A stretch of DNA of 64,000 bases from an uncultured Chroococcidiopsis sp. (GCA_964248365.1 CAXTYC010000001.1:128001-192000); one strand, 5' to 3'. Shown: positions 21,899 to 33,321, counted from the first letter of the stretch. Numbers and translations: made by a program. The notes: a model not told the origin generated them from the sequence alone.

Positions 21899-22006
21899 GA
21901 GGGCTGGGGGAGCCTGGGGGAGCTGGGGGAGATTGAAAGAATTAAATATTCTGTCGTGGGTCGATCTTCGTGGGTCTCCTTTAACCTTTCCCCTTTTCCC
22001 CTCTTT

Positions 22007-22594
22007 TTAATTAAATTCCCGATTCTGCCCTTGGGGGGATGCCTGCGGCTGGTTCGGTTGTTGGGGAGATGGGAACCCTGCTTTGGGAATTTCTACAACT
22101 GGGTCATTGAGTGCCACCATGAGGGGTTCAATACGGGTGGGTGATTTGGCTATTTGTAGGAATTGTCCAGTTGGCAAGACGGTTGACACAGCACCAATCA
22201 CTACGGCTGCGATCGCGCTACCTCCCCAAACTACAGCCCGACGACGAGAGCGACGGTGCATTCGTTGATAAACTTGCTCGATGGTTTGTTCTACAGGTTG
22301 TGCTGCCCGCCCTGGTATTGTCTGCATACCCATCCGCAGCTTTAACAATCGCCCATACAATCGCTGGCTTTCTGGATCGTTTGCTAGCCAGTCCTCTACT
22401 TGCCTCCTCTCGGCAGCAGTAACTTCTCCATCTAGGTAAGCACTGAGTAACTCGAAGCGATCGCGCTTCAACATATCCATAGTACCGATTGATTGATTTA
22501 CTTCACCCGTATTGCCAGCTTGGAAATCGATTTTAAAATCTGGGGTTTTAAAATCTGGGTTTGTATTGATTTGATAATTCCTATCTGCCGTCAT
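22007..22594 (-). CDS. Anti-sigma factor (zf-HC2-like, TM) cognate to SigG
   Basis: RFELLSAYLDGE motif, TM helix, directly downstream of ECF sigma. Confidence 0.88.
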   Translation of the reverse strand: MTADRNYQINTNPDFKTPDFKIDFQAGNTGEVNQSIGTMDMLKRDRFELLSAYLDGEVTAAERRQVEDWLANDPESQRLYGRLLKLRMGMQTIPGRAAQPVEQTIEQVYQRMHRRSRRRAVVWGGSAIAAVVIGAVSTVLPTGQFLQIAKSPTRIEPLMVALNDPVVEIPKAGFPSPQQPNQPQASPQGQNREFN

Positions 22595-22747
22595 TTTAAC
22601 ATTATTAAATTAATATTATTTAAACACAATCAGTAAATATCCCTAGTTCTTCATTACTTCTAATTCTGGTATAAATAAGAGTTTTCGGCGAGTTTTTAGA
22701 AAAAACACTCATTATTACTGTGCTTTCTCATTTTTACAGGAGCTAGC

Positions 22748-23407
22748 TTACTGACCGTCGAGATAACTTTGTAACTGGGATTGGAGTCTAGCTCTAGCTC
22801 TAGCGATCCGAGATTTGACAGTTCCTAAAGAAACGTTGGTAATTTCCGCAATCTCTTCGTAAGGCATCCCTTCGATTTCTCTAAGGACAATTGTGGTGCG
22901 AAACACTTCTGGTAAATCAGCGATCGCCTCGTGCAACTGCTCATAAAATTCTCGCGTTGTCAATTCCTCTTCTGGACTAGGATTATCTCCAGCGATTTCC
23001 CAATCCATCTCGCCATCTTCTGCGGTGCGGGGTGTATCAAGCGACAAAGGACTTTTCACCCGCTTGCGTTTACGCAATTCATCGTAAAATAAGTTCGTAG
23101 CAATGCGACTTAACCAGCCCCTAAACTTAACTGGCTCGTTTAACCGTTTAATATTGCGGTAAACCCGAATCCAAATTTCTTGAGCTAAATCGGCTCTGTC
23201 TTGCCAGTCAGGAGCCAAATGGTATAGTAGCCGCTCAACATGAGGCTGATAACGGCGCAGCAGTTCGGCAAACGCCGCTTTCTCTGGGCGCAGCCCAGCT
23301 TGACAGCGCAAAATTAAATCGTAATTAGACAGCTTGTCTAGTTGCACTGGTGCTGGAGTAACAGTTGCTTTAACTGTTGACCAGCATACAGGAATTGATT
23401 GACTCAT
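22748..23407 (-). CDS. sigG: ECF RNA polymerase sigma factor
   Basis: DLAQE, FRGWLSRIATN, YEEIAEIT..SLGTVKSRIARAR; typical cyanobacterial SigG N-terminus MSQSIPV. Confidence 0.9.
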   Translation of the reverse strand: MSQSIPVCWSTVKATVTPAPVQLDKLSNYDLILRCQAGLRPEKAAFAELLRRYQPHVERLLYHLAPDWQDRADLAQEIWIRVYRNIKRLNEPVKFRGWLSRIATNLFYDELRKRKRVKSPLSLDTPRTAEDGEMDWEIAGDNPSPEEELTTREFYEQLHEAIADLPEVFRTTIVLREIEGMPYEEIAEITNVSLGTVKSRIARARARLQSQLQSYLDGQ

Positions 23408-23624
23408 AAACGCCAATGGCTTTAAAACATCCCTTCTTTATTAGACACTGCTACTAAAGGGAAGTTCCCATCTTTCAGGTAGATATCTTAGGGATGAGGG
23501 GCTAGGGACTAGGGGGCAGGGGGAGAACAAGTATGAAGTGTGAAGGTAGAAGTATGAAATTTCAACCTTTATCCTTTATCCTTCAACCTTCAACCTTTAC
23601 CCTTTTCCCTGGTTCCTCTAGCCT

Positions 23625-23813
23625 CTAGTCATCGCCTCGTGATGACGGTAAATACTGTTGGGGCTGATCGGAGAATAACAATCTCAACAAAGGTGTTGGC
23701 GTTTCTACTAGCTGGTAGCGGGAAGTACTTGGGTTGGGAGACCCAAAACCTACGCCTAAAAGCAATTTGAGGCAAAAGGTGATTGTAACAGCTAACAAGA
23801 ATTTTTCCAGCAT
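23625..23813 (-). CDS. Small hypothetical protein with N-terminal hydrophobic segment
   Basis: MLEKFLLAVTITF..., co-oriented upstream of sigG. Confidence 0.55.
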   Translation of the reverse strand: MLEKFLLAVTITFCLKLLLGVGFGSPNPSTSRYQLVETPTPLLRLLFSDQPQQYLPSSRGDD

Positions 23814-24166
23814 TGCGATCGTCTCCCACAACCACGCTTACTATTGCTTCGCACCACTATTTCTAGCCAAAGGAGCCAAGGTTTATCCTTACACTAATAA
23901 ACGGCGCTCATCTTTAACTCTAGTGTGCCAACTTCTATCTAAAGATGGAAGCAAAAAAAATAATATTTTAATGATTTTTTGTTGATAATATTAAAATATA
24001 TTAAAGTTAAGCAAATAAGACAGTTACCAGTTACCAGTTACCAGTGAAAAGTAGATTGTATTTCAAAAATCAAAGTTTTTACTTTCTACTATTTACCTTA
24101 CCCGCGTAGGTCACTGGTAACTGGAAAGGTAACTGATAACTGATAACTGATAACTGGAGTAGTAGT

Positions 24167-24733
24167 TCACTCTCGATTAAAATCAGTATTGTTGGGAGTG
24201 GATTGTTCAAAGTCGGGGGCGTATGCCTGGAGTAAGGTGCTGACTTGCTTTAGCACTTCTTTACCACTACTTTTGCCCAATGCTTGCCGTTCTGGGAAGA
24301 ACTCTGGACGATCCAAATTGCGGGCGATCGCTTCGTCAATTTGCTGGGTTATCAAAGCTTCCAGTTCTTCTTTAGCACGTTGACGTTGGTAGTTGGCACC
24401 TTCTTCGGTAGTGGCATACAAAGGAGGGAGGCGATTTAGGGCATAAGCAGCGATATCTCCTACATCTAGGGTATGACCACTTGTTACCTTGATTTCTGCT
24501 ACCCTGGCAATTACTTCGGTTAGCACTAACTCCTCCATCACATTGATGAACTGTTTTCGCTGTACCGCCACTACTTCACCAGTTAACAGCGCTCCCATTA
24601 ACTTATCTAGCGCCATGTACTCTTCTATTGACAGTTCAGAAGCGGTGTCACAAATTCTTCCCACTTCTGTTTCCATAGCTGGTGTCAGATAGCCGTCTTG
24701 AAGGGCTTGTTCAACAATTTCTTGAATGCTCAT
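24167..24733 (-). CDS. ComFB-family protein, c-di-GMP receptor CdgR-like
   Basis: NVMEELV, DIAAYALNRLPPLYAT ComFB motif; N-terminal helical domain as in cyanobacterial CdgR. Confidence 0.85.
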   Translation of the reverse strand: MSIQEIVEQALQDGYLTPAMETEVGRICDTASELSIEEYMALDKLMGALLTGEVVAVQRKQFINVMEELVLTEVIARVAEIKVTSGHTLDVGDIAAYALNRLPPLYATTEEGANYQRQRAKEELEALITQQIDEAIARNLDRPEFFPERQALGKSSGKEVLKQVSTLLQAYAPDFEQSTPNNTDFNRE

Positions 24734-24835
24734 AATGCTTCTAGACCTATCCGGCTTGCTCCTTTAGTTACTTTAACTCTGGAATGATTTGCCCTACAAG
24801 AAAAAAAAAATTAGCAAAAAGCTCTCATTCAATTC

Positions 24836-25876
24836 TTAATTCAAGCCTCGATTCCAGGGAGTTGGATCGACACTTTCCCCTTGTACATATAATCCCCAAT
24901 GCAAATGCGGACCAGTCGATGCACCAGTTGAACCTACCGCGCCAATTACTTGCCCCGCTTTGACAAAATCTCCTTCTTTAACATTTATACGACTTAGGTG
25001 GAGGAAAACGCTGGTTACGCCTTGACCGTGATCGATGCCAATCATATTACCGTGAACGCGAAATCCTTGCGATACTAGTCCTACCAAAGCCACTCGTCCA
25101 GCAGCAGGGGCAACTACGGGCGAACCCGCAGCGCCAGCGTAGTCAACGCCGCGATGGTAATAGTCGAGGGCAAACTTGCCATTATAATACCGACGTACAC
25201 CGTAAATTGTTGTGATTCTACCTCGATTTGGTCTGATAAACGGTCCATTCCAGAATTTTTGTGGTGTCACCAGCTGTTTGAGGGCTGCTACGCGCTCCAG
25301 TTCATGTTTGGTCGCTCCTAGTCCAGCTTTACCAGGACGCAAATAAATGCGTTGGATGGGAAATTTGCGATCGCCCACCCATACAGCCAAGTTTCTCACC
25401 TGCCCATCTGGACTACTGACACGCAGAAGCCTTTTCCCTGGCTTTTCTAAAGGAGTTGTCGGTAGCAAAGCACGATATACATTAGGTGCGACGGCAAAGG
25501 TGGGGTAATTTTTCTGATTGAGTCTTACCGATATACTACTAGTCGTAGGTTGCTCCGGCTTAATCAACACTGATAATGTATCCCCCAAATGGGGTTTAGT
25601 TGGAGTCACTCGAACTTCCATTGCTTGCAATGGTGTCGCCAATGTGATAAAAGAAGCGACGCTCAACCCTAACGCCAAAGTGGCTTTTAAGAGGAGTGAG
25701 GGGCAAGAAGAGGATGACCCGATGAGGCGGTGAGGAGATGGGGGGGATTTCTCTCCATCTCCCCATCTTTCCATCTCCCCATCTCCCCCTCTCCCCCTCT
25801 CCCCTGCTTTAACTGGGCAAGAAAATCCAACTTGGCACGAATGGAATTGGCTATTCATAAACTTCAAGAAATTCAA
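24836..25876 (-). CDS. M23 family metallopeptidase
   Basis: HRGVD, GSTGASTGPHLHWG; start uncertain, N-terminus carries repeat-derived sequence. Confidence 0.92.
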   Translation of the reverse strand: MNFLKFMNSQFHSCQVGFSCPVKAGERGRGGDGEMERWGDGEKSPPSPHRLIGSSSSCPSLLLKATLALGLSVASFITLATPLQAMEVRVTPTKPHLGDTLSVLIKPEQPTTSSISVRLNQKNYPTFAVAPNVYRALLPTTPLEKPGKRLLRVSSPDGQVRNLAVWVGDRKFPIQRIYLRPGKAGLGATKHELERVAALKQLVTPQKFWNGPFIRPNRGRITTIYGVRRYYNGKFALDYYHRGVDYAGAAGSPVVAPAAGRVALVGLVSQGFRVHGNMIGIDHGQGVTSVFLHLSRINVKEGDFVKAGQVIGAVGSTGASTGPHLHWGLYVQGESVDPTPWNRGLN

Positions 25877-26034
25877 GGCTGATGCGGCAGCAATTAGATT
25901 AGCGTCAAAGATTATATTCTTTCCTTGTCTTAATCGTTTTATTCACACGATCAGATATTTTGTCAATGCTCCCTTTGAAAGTGAAATATCTGTATGCTGA
26001 AGTTTATACACCTTAATAATTCTTTTAAGAAATT

Positions 26035-28368
26035 GTGCAAGAAGATTTTAGGCTAATTGTTGATTTAGTTTTAGTACTAGCTGTCGCTGCTGGGGGCGGT
26101 TTATTGGCGGCGTTATGTCGTCAACCTGTTTTGCTGGGCTACCTACTTGGTGGAATGGTGGTTGGACCTGCGGGACTAGGGCTGATCAAAGAATTAATTC
26201 AAGTAGAAACTTTGGCTCAGTTTGGAGTTGCCTTTTTATTATTTGCTCTGGGTGTAGAATTTTCTTTTGCTGAACTTAAAAAAGTTCAATTAATCAGTTT
26301 AGGCGGCGGTGGACTACAAATCGCCCTAACTATCTTAGGAACAACCCTAGTATCTCTAGTATTTGGTTGGGTAAATTCTCCCCCTCAAGGCGTGTTTCTA
26401 GGAGCAATTTTATCTCTATCTTCGACAGCGGTTGTACTCAAGTGCTTGATGGAGCGCAACGAAACCGCTACACCTCACGGGCAGGTTATGTTGGGAATTT
26501 TGGTAGTCCAAGACCTAGCCTTGGGATTGATGCTAGCAGTACTACCAGCCCTCGATCAACCGCCGGAACTACTTGGTATAGCTATACTAACAGCACTGCT
26601 GCGGATCGGCTTATTTGCAGCTGGGGCAGTAGCGGCTGGCATTTGGCTGATCCCGCGATTGCTTAGAATATTGGCTCGGACAGAAAGCCGAGAGCTATTT
26701 TTACTAGGTGTAGTGGCTCTGTGTTTAGGTATTGCCCTGTTGACAGAATATTTAGGGCTTTCAATTGAAATGGGGGCATTTGTCGCCGGACTGATGATAT
26801 CAGAGGTGGAGTATGCCGATCAAACTTTGACTTATGTAGAGCCGCTACGAGATATCTTTGCTACGCTATTTTTTGCGGCAATTGGAATGCTGATCGATCC
26901 GCTATTTTTGTGGCAAAATCTGGAATTGATTTTAGGGCTGGTGGCGTTGGTATTGGTGGGCAAGTTTTTGATTGTGATGCCCTTGGTAAAAGCTTTCCGC
27001 TATCCTTTGAAAACAGCATTGCTCGTCGGGTTGGGGCTTGCCCAAATTGGAGAATTTTCGTTTGTCTTAGCCAGTGAAGGGCGAAGTCTCGGTTTAGTTT
27101 CTCGCCGAGTATATCTCTTAATTTTGGGAACTACAGCAGTTACCCTAGTCCTCACTCCTTTTATATTAAAAATAGTACCCAAGCTGTTGAATCTACCCCT
27201 GCTGAAGTCTTTAATCGATGAGCAGGATAAACCCCAGGAAATAGCCAACGATGCACCCAGGCAAGATCATGTAGTGGTTTGTGGCTATGGAAAAGTAGGT
27301 AGCAATTTGGTGCGACTGTTGCAGGAACATCAATATCCCGTCGTGGTGATCGATCAGTCGGAAAGCCGGATTCAGCAATTACGCGAGGCGGGTGTGCCTT
27401 ATGTATATGGTAATGCTGCTAGTTTACACGTATTAGAAAAAGCAGGAGTAGAGCAAGCGCGAAGTTTGGCGATCGCCCTACCCGATCCGATGAGTAGTCG
27501 CCTGTGTCTCAAACGCGCCCTAGAGTTATTACCCGAATTAGATGTAATAGTACTGGCAAACAAAGACAAAGATATCGAACTACTCTACCAACTAGGAGCA
27601 AAAGAGGTAATACAACCAGAGTTTGAAGCTAGTTTGGAACTAGCAAACCATTTATTAACTGGGATGGGTTTACCCTCAATTACCATCCAAAAACAAATGC
27701 AGCAAATTCGCAACCACCACTATCTAGAGTTGCGCCCAGAACTTACACCTGCCCAAATTTCCCGTCAATTACAACTAGCTGCCCAAGATCTCAATAGTCG
27801 CTGGTATGCTTTACCTGAGAAATCGCCTCTAATTGGGATGACTTTGGAAGAAGCAGACATCCGCTACTTAACAGGGGTAAGTTTAATGGCAATTCGGCGG
27901 GTAACGGGTGAGGAAGTTGACTATCCAAATGCAGAAACAATTTTACAAAAGGGCGATCGCCTGTTGCTAGTAGGAGAAGCATCAGAATTAGCAGCACTGC
28001 AAGAATTGGCGAAGGGTGAAGCATATGTGCCTGAAGCTGATGCCGCTTGTCATTGGCTAATGGTGTCAGCAAATAGCCCTTTTGTTAATCAAACCCTAGC
28101 CGAACTGGATATCCGTCACGGCTATGGGGTGCAGGTACAAGCCGTTCGCCGAGATGGTAAGTTGATCCGCTTTCCCGATTGCAGTATGCACTTACAAGCC
28201 GGAGATCAATTACTTTTATGTGGTGGCTACTCTTCCTTAAATCAACTGCAAAAGTTACTCGCCCCAACCAGCCCTAACCAGGTAGCAACTTCCTCAGTTC
28301 CTGTTGTGCAAGCGGTTGAGGCAGAAGGTTTGCGCGAGTTTTTGCCGCTGGATAAATGGCGAGAATAG
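26035..28368 (+). CDS. CPA2 cation:proton antiporter (Kef-type) with TrkA-N and two TrkA-C domains
   Basis: LSLSSTAVV, VVQDL, VVCGYGKVG, AIRR...P RCK-C motifs. Confidence 0.93.
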   Translation: MQEDFRLIVDLVLVLAVAAGGGLLAALCRQPVLLGYLLGGMVVGPAGLGLIKELIQVETLAQFGVAFLLFALGVEFSFAELKKVQLISLGGGGLQIALTILGTTLVSLVFGWVNSPPQGVFLGAILSLSSTAVVLKCLMERNETATPHGQVMLGILVVQDLALGLMLAVLPALDQPPELLGIAILTALLRIGLFAAGAVAAGIWLIPRLLRILARTESRELFLLGVVALCLGIALLTEYLGLSIEMGAFVAGLMISEVEYADQTLTYVEPLRDIFATLFFAAIGMLIDPLFLWQNLELILGLVALVLVGKFLIVMPLVKAFRYPLKTALLVGLGLAQIGEFSFVLASEGRSLGLVSRRVYLLILGTTAVTLVLTPFILKIVPKLLNLPLLKSLIDEQDKPQEIANDAPRQDHVVVCGYGKVGSNLVRLLQEHQYPVVVIDQSESRIQQLREAGVPYVYGNAASLHVLEKAGVEQARSLAIALPDPMSSRLCLKRALELLPELDVIVLANKDKDIELLYQLGAKEVIQPEFEASLELANHLLTGMGLPSITIQKQMQQIRNHHYLELRPELTPAQISRQLQLAAQDLNSRWYALPEKSPLIGMTLEEADIRYLTGVSLMAIRRVTGEEVDYPNAETILQKGDRLLLVGEASELAALQELAKGEAYVPEADAACHWLMVSANSPFVNQTLAELDIRHGYGVQVQAVRRDGKLIRFPDCSMHLQAGDQLLLCGGYSSLNQLQKLLAPTSPNQVATSSVPVVQAVEAEGLREFLPLDKWRE

Positions 28369-28415
28369 CTTTTAGCGATTAGCGATTAGCTTTTAGCTTT
28401 TTGTCCTTTGTCCAT

Positions 28416-28518
28416 TAGACTTCTTGCAAAAGTCTTTTTTTTGTTTCTCGCAAAGGCGCAAAGCCGCAAAGTAAGAACGCAAAAAGTCCTGCGCTGCGCT
28501 TTTTCTGCAAGAAGTCTA
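28416..28518. mobile_element. MITE-like element with TAGACTTCTTGCA terminal inverted repeats
   Basis: TAGACTTCTTGCAAAA ... TTTCTGCAAGAAGTCTA, embedded in heptamer tracts. Confidence 0.75.
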
Positions 28519-28578
28519 TTGTCATTTGTTCTTTGTTAATGACTAATGACTGCTAACCGCTAACCGCTAACCGCTTTC

Positions 28579-28794
28579 TTAGCTTTTTGGTTTCAGGTAG
28601 GCGATCGCGTGTCGCCAAACAGTGTTAGGTTGGTTGTTACCGTCGTAAAGACAGATGCAGTTGTGATCCTGCCAGCCTAGTTTTCCCGTTAGCAAATCGC
28701 CTGTTACAAGTTTCAACTCAACCACTGTTGTATCTTTAATCAGGGTTTGCACTTGCCGAATGCTTGGTAAAGCACTATCAAATTCGCTTGACAT
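28579..28794 (-). CDS. hfq: Cyanobacterial Hfq
   Basis: LPSIRQVQ, KLVTGD.L.G.L.WQD, AIAY; divergent from dapF as is usual in cyanobacteria. Confidence 0.92.
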   Translation of the reverse strand: MSSEFDSALPSIRQVQTLIKDTTVVELKLVTGDLLTGKLGWQDHNCICLYDGNNQPNTVWRHAIAYLKPKS

Positions 28795-28873
28795 AATTAA
28801 TTTAATGTTGATTTCTATAATTAATAATTCCCCCGATTGAGCGATCTATTTTCATTACCTGTAAGGAGATGTG

Positions 28874-29728
28874 ATGTCTATCGAGTTTGCTAAGTATCAT
28901 GGACTGGGAAATGATTTTATTCTGATTGATAATCGCACGTCTAATGAACCTGTAATTACGCCAGAACAAGCTGTTAAGTTATGCGATCGCCATTTTGGGA
29001 TCGGTGCTGATGGGGTGATCTTTGCCTTACCTGGACAAGATGGCACTGATTATACTATGCGAATTTTCAACTCCGATGGCTCGGAACCTGAAATGTGCGG
29101 CAATGGTATTCGCTGTTTAGCCCGTTTTTTAGCCCAATTAGAAAGGGGCGAGCTAAGAGAGGCGAGAGGCGAGAGGAAGTATGATATTCATACTCTGGCT
29201 GGGGTTATGTCACCTCAATTAGTTGCTGATGGGATGGTTAAAGTTGATATGGGTTTGCCTCGTCTACTTGCAAGTGAAATTCCTACCACTCTCGCACCAG
29301 CTAATGAGAAAGTCATCAACCAACACCTAGAAGTAGCAGGCAAATCTTGGGCTGTTACTTGTGTTAGTATGGGCAACCCCCATTGCATCACGTTTGTCTC
29401 AGACGTGGCTGCTATTGATTTAGAAACAATTGGTTCGCAGTTTGAACATCACCCAGCTTTCCCCCAACGGACTAATACAGAATTTATTCAAGTTGTCAAG
29501 CCCGATTACCTAAAAATGCGAGTGTGGGAACGGGGTGCGGGGGCTACTTTAGCCTGTGGTACTGGTGCTTGCGCTGCAATGGTTGCTGGGGTTTTAACGG
29601 GGAGGTGCGATCGCGCTGCTACTATCGAACTTCCTGGCGGTTGTCTTGCGATTGAATGGTCACAATTAGACCAAAAGCTTTACATGACAGGAGCAGCACA
29701 GTTAGTTTTTACTGGCAAAATTGAGTAA
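28874..29728 (+). CDS. dapF: Diaminopimelate epimerase
   Basis: [43 protein letters not shown]. Confidence 0.98.
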   Translation: MSIEFAKYHGLGNDFILIDNRTSNEPVITPEQAVKLCDRHFGIGADGVIFALPGQDGTDYTMRIFNSDGSEPEMCGNGIRCLARFLAQLERGELREARGERKYDIHTLAGVMSPQLVADGMVKVDMGLPRLLASEIPTTLAPANEKVINQHLEVAGKSWAVTCVSMGNPHCITFVSDVAAIDLETIGSQFEHHPAFPQRTNTEFIQVVKPDYLKMRVWERGAGATLACGTGACAAMVAGVLTGRCDRAATIELPGGCLAIEWSQLDQKLYMTGAAQLVFTGKIE

Positions 29729-29906
29729 TAAGTACTTGATCCGCGATCGCCTTTACTAAATACTTTCTTTTGTTAAATCAGGAATTATCTGCAAGTTATG
29801 ATATAATTCCTCAATTTTGTTAATTCCCTTTTGGTAAAGAACTCTTGCGATCGCAAATCTCCTTGTGTAATACGGGCATTGCCTTGCCATGCCCCTTGTT
29901 GTATTT

Positions 29907-32738
29907 TCAACGCTCTTCAACTAACTGCCGGAAGCGTTTATCATTTGCAATTTCCTCAAATTCTGGATCAGTTTTTGCCTCTTGTCGATACTTGGGATTA
30001 AATTTAATCGCCTGTTGCAGATTTTCAAGTGCTAATTTTACTTGACCTTGGAGAGCATAACAGATAGCTTTGTTGTAGTAGGCATTGGCGTAGTTCGGTT
30101 GAATCTTCAGCGCTTGATCGAAGCTTTCAAGCGCCTCGTCATCCCGTTCTAGTTGAACTAACAGATAACCTTTCGAGTTCCAAGCTTTATAGGAATTAGG
30201 ATTAAATTCAATTGCTTTGTCAAAAGAAGCGATCGCGTCTTCATATCGTTCTAACACTTCCAAAGCCATACCCCGATTTAACCAGGCGGTAGCATCATCT
30301 GGCTGAACTTGCACCGCTTTGTCAAACGATTGGAAAGCCTCTTGATGCTTTTGCATCTTCCCTAATACTACCCCTCGATCTACCCAAGCTTGACGGTAAT
30401 CTGGCTTGATCTCAAGTGCTTTGTCAAACGAGGCGATCGCGTCTGCATACCGTTTCATTCTCCCTAAAACAATACCACGCTGAAAATAGGCTTTGTAGTC
30501 ATTTGGATCAGTTTTAATCACACTATTAAAAGCAGCAAGCGCACCTTCATACCGTTGTAATTCTTTTAGTGCAAGTCCTCGGTGATACCAGCTACCAGAG
30601 TCATTCGGTTTGAATTCTAGCACTTTGTCAAACGAGGCGATCGCTTTCTCATACTGCTTTAATTCCCATAGTGCAATGCCATGCTGATACCAAATATCAG
30701 GGTTATTCGGCTGGAGTTCTAGTGCTTGATCGTAAGTAGCGATCGCTCGATCATAACGCCCTTGAGAAAATAAAGCATTTCCCTGTTTTATATATTCATT
30801 TGCACTCAAAAACAACTTGGGATTATTAGCTTTGAGGATTTCCAGTTGTTCCGATAGTTCTTGAATTTTCTGGGTAATCTCTGATAATGCAGAATCGGCG
30901 ATCGATGTGGGTGCAATCTCTGCCAATTGCTGCAAAATTTGCTCTTTCCTAGTTTGAGCATCCGATTGTACTTCATCCAGACAAGCCGCAAGCGTATTTT
31001 CCAATTTTTCTATATTTCCCAAAGTAATATCTTTGCGACTTTGAATTCCAGACTGTAATGCAGCAAGTTGGGATTTAATCTCAGTTTCTAATTTTTCCAA
31101 GTTCTCAATGGTCTTATCTTGCTGAGATTTAATTCCTGATTGTGAATTTGTAACGGTTGTTGCAAACTGTGCCTCTTGTTTTTTCAGTTGCTGGAGCTTC
31201 TCTTCTATTTCCCCTTGAATCTGCGACTGTGATTTCGTTAGCCCAACAGTAATTTCACTTTCTAATTGCTCCAACTTCTTAATTGCTAAATCCTTTTGCT
31301 GTTGAACTTTTTGGGCAGCATCTGTCTCAATTGCAGATAACCGCGGGGCAAAGTCAGACTCTAGGTTTTTCAGGTTTTGCAAAATTGAATCTTTTTGCTT
31401 TTGCGCCTCTTGCTGCTGCTGGCTCATTTGAGATTTAAACGCACTTTCTGCCTGTTTGATACTCTGTAATACTGCATCTTTCTGCACTTTAATTTCAGAT
31501 TGTATAGCTGACAGTCTGGTCACTAAATCTGTTTCTGATTGTTTTAAATTTTGCAAAACTGTATCTTTTTGTCCTTGCACATCTGCCAGAATTTTAGAAA
31601 TTTGAGGGGCTAGCTTAGAACCCAATTTATCTAAGTTTTGAATAATTAAACTCTGTCTGGTTTCTGCCTCTTGTTGCAGTTGAGATAGTCGAGCAGTTAA
31701 CCCATTTTCTAATAATTTTATATGATTTAAAACTACATCTTTTTGCCCTTGAACATTAGATTCTGATTCAGACACTTTAGCCACAAAATCAGTTTCTGCT
31801 TGTTTCAAGTTTTGCAAAAATGCATTTTTTTCTCCTTCTACATCCGCTTGAAGTCGAGATAGGTGAGGTGCAAACTCTAAACCGAGCTTTTCTAAATTTT
31901 CAAGAATTAAGTCTTGTTTGTTTTGAGCTTCTTGTTGCAATTGGGAAAGTCGAGTAGCAAACTCAGCTTCTGATTGTTTTAGATTAGTTAAAACTGCATC
32001 TTTCTGCCCTTGTACATCGCCAAGGATTTCACCCATTTGGGGAGAAAATTCAGATGCTACTTGCTTCAGGTTTTGTAGAAGTAAATCTTGTTCTGTTTGC
32101 GCCTCTTGTCTCAGTTGAGATAGTTGAGAGGTAAAACCTATTTCTAGATTTTCTAGTGCTTGTTTAGAATTGATTCTTTGTGTATCTAATTCTTCTAATA
32201 CCTGTTGCTGCGACTGGGACAATTCGGATAGCAGATGAGATATATGTTCTCGTTTAGAGCCTATCTCCTGTTGTAAATCATCTGCCTCATTATTTATATC
32301 ATCTACAGCGTCTTCGGCTTCTTTGAGGATGTTTTGGACTTTTTGGTTAGCCTCACCAAGTCTGTCTTCTAATTCTCCCAGTTCTTTGAGGTGGAGTTGA
32401 ACAATCTCTGCAACTTCTCGAATTACAGCTCGGCGTAATAAAAATAAGGCTGCTAGAGCCGCCGCCAAAAGCAGCGCTAGGGTAGCAAGCAAAATATTGA
32501 ACAGCGTCATTGTGCGGCTGAAGATACGATTTGCTTCAGCTTGAACTTGCTGTTGAACTTGTCTTTCTTGTTGCAACTGTTCTAGTTGCTGCGCCTGAGC
32601 AATAATTACTGTCTTGGTTGGTTCTATGTTGGGTTTGATCGATTGGGCTTGGGCAAAACCAATAGACACTAGGAAGGTTGAAAGGACAATACCGCTTTGC
32701 GACACCAATGGCAAGAGCTTTAAATTGAGGTGCTTCAT
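29907..32738 (-). CDS. Membrane-anchored long coiled-coil protein with C-terminal TPR repeats
   Basis: Signal peptide + TM helix, repeated QKDxxLQNLKQxE units, about 8 TPR motifs. Confidence 0.9.
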   Translation of the reverse strand: MKHLNLKLLPLVSQSGIVLSTFLVSIGFAQAQSIKPNIEPTKTVIIAQAQQLEQLQQERQVQQQVQAEANRIFSRTMTLFNILLATLALLLAAALAALFLLRRAVIREVAEIVQLHLKELGELEDRLGEANQKVQNILKEAEDAVDDINNEADDLQQEIGSKREHISHLLSELSQSQQQVLEELDTQRINSKQALENLEIGFTSQLSQLRQEAQTEQDLLLQNLKQVASEFSPQMGEILGDVQGQKDAVLTNLKQSEAEFATRLSQLQQEAQNKQDLILENLEKLGLEFAPHLSRLQADVEGEKNAFLQNLKQAETDFVAKVSESESNVQGQKDVVLNHIKLLENGLTARLSQLQQEAETRQSLIIQNLDKLGSKLAPQISKILADVQGQKDTVLQNLKQSETDLVTRLSAIQSEIKVQKDAVLQSIKQAESAFKSQMSQQQQEAQKQKDSILQNLKNLESDFAPRLSAIETDAAQKVQQQKDLAIKKLEQLESEITVGLTKSQSQIQGEIEEKLQQLKKQEAQFATTVTNSQSGIKSQQDKTIENLEKLETEIKSQLAALQSGIQSRKDITLGNIEKLENTLAACLDEVQSDAQTRKEQILQQLAEIAPTSIADSALSEITQKIQELSEQLEILKANNPKLFLSANEYIKQGNALFSQGRYDRAIATYDQALELQPNNPDIWYQHGIALWELKQYEKAIASFDKVLEFKPNDSGSWYHRGLALKELQRYEGALAAFNSVIKTDPNDYKAYFQRGIVLGRMKRYADAIASFDKALEIKPDYRQAWVDRGVVLGKMQKHQEAFQSFDKAVQVQPDDATAWLNRGMALEVLERYEDAIASFDKAIEFNPNSYKAWNSKGYLLVQLERDDEALESFDQALKIQPNYANAYYNKAICYALQGQVKLALENLQQAIKFNPKYRQEAKTDPEFEEIANDKRFRQLVEER

Positions 32739-33108
32739 AGAACTTCCTATGCCTGTCGGTTTTGTTTTGCGTTGTTGTTATTGTAGCTTCGCACCATTAG
32801 CATAATTGAGGTTGGCGATCGCCACTTCTCCAATCTACCAGCACAAGGGAAATTGGGTTGCCTTGGTGGGGAAATGCTGTCGAGTGTGGGAGCGGCCCAT
32901 GTGTTTAACTCATGCAGACATTAGCCTTAGTGCGAACGAAGAATTAACTACAAATGTGTATAAATATTGCGGATTATTTAAGAAATTAAGTTTTATTCAC
33001 AAGTCTCTCATATTTCCGAACTATTCTATAAATAGAAACAGCTGATTGTTCAGTTCCTCAAGGATTAACAACAAGCTGCCACCATTGATAGAACACAGGT
33101 TTAAAACT

Positions 33109-33279
33109 ATGAATATTTGCCCTTGTTGTTCCAATACACTTTTGTGTCACATACGCAATCATCAAGTTTACTGGTTCTGTCAAAACTGCCGACAAGAAAT
33201 GCCAGTGCTAGATAGAAAAAATTGCCCATCCTTAGAGGTTGTAAGAGAAGAGTTTCCAAGAAAGCTTCAGCCAGTATAA
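33109..33279 (+). CDS. Small zinc-ribbon protein
   Basis: CPCCS...HIR....YWFCQNCRQEMP, a common cyanobacterial small-protein pattern. Confidence 0.75.
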   Translation: MNICPCCSNTLLCHIRNHQVYWFCQNCRQEMPVLDRKNCPSLEVVREEFPRKLQPV

Positions 33280-33291
33280 AAAGCTATCGTA

Positions 33292-33321
33292 TGTAGAGAC
33301 GCGCTCTAATTGCGTCTCTAC
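33292..33321. repeat. REP-like palindrome GTAGAGACGC...GCGTCTCTAC
   Basis: Perfect 10-bp inverted repeat; related element at 35167-35197. Confidence 0.75.
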
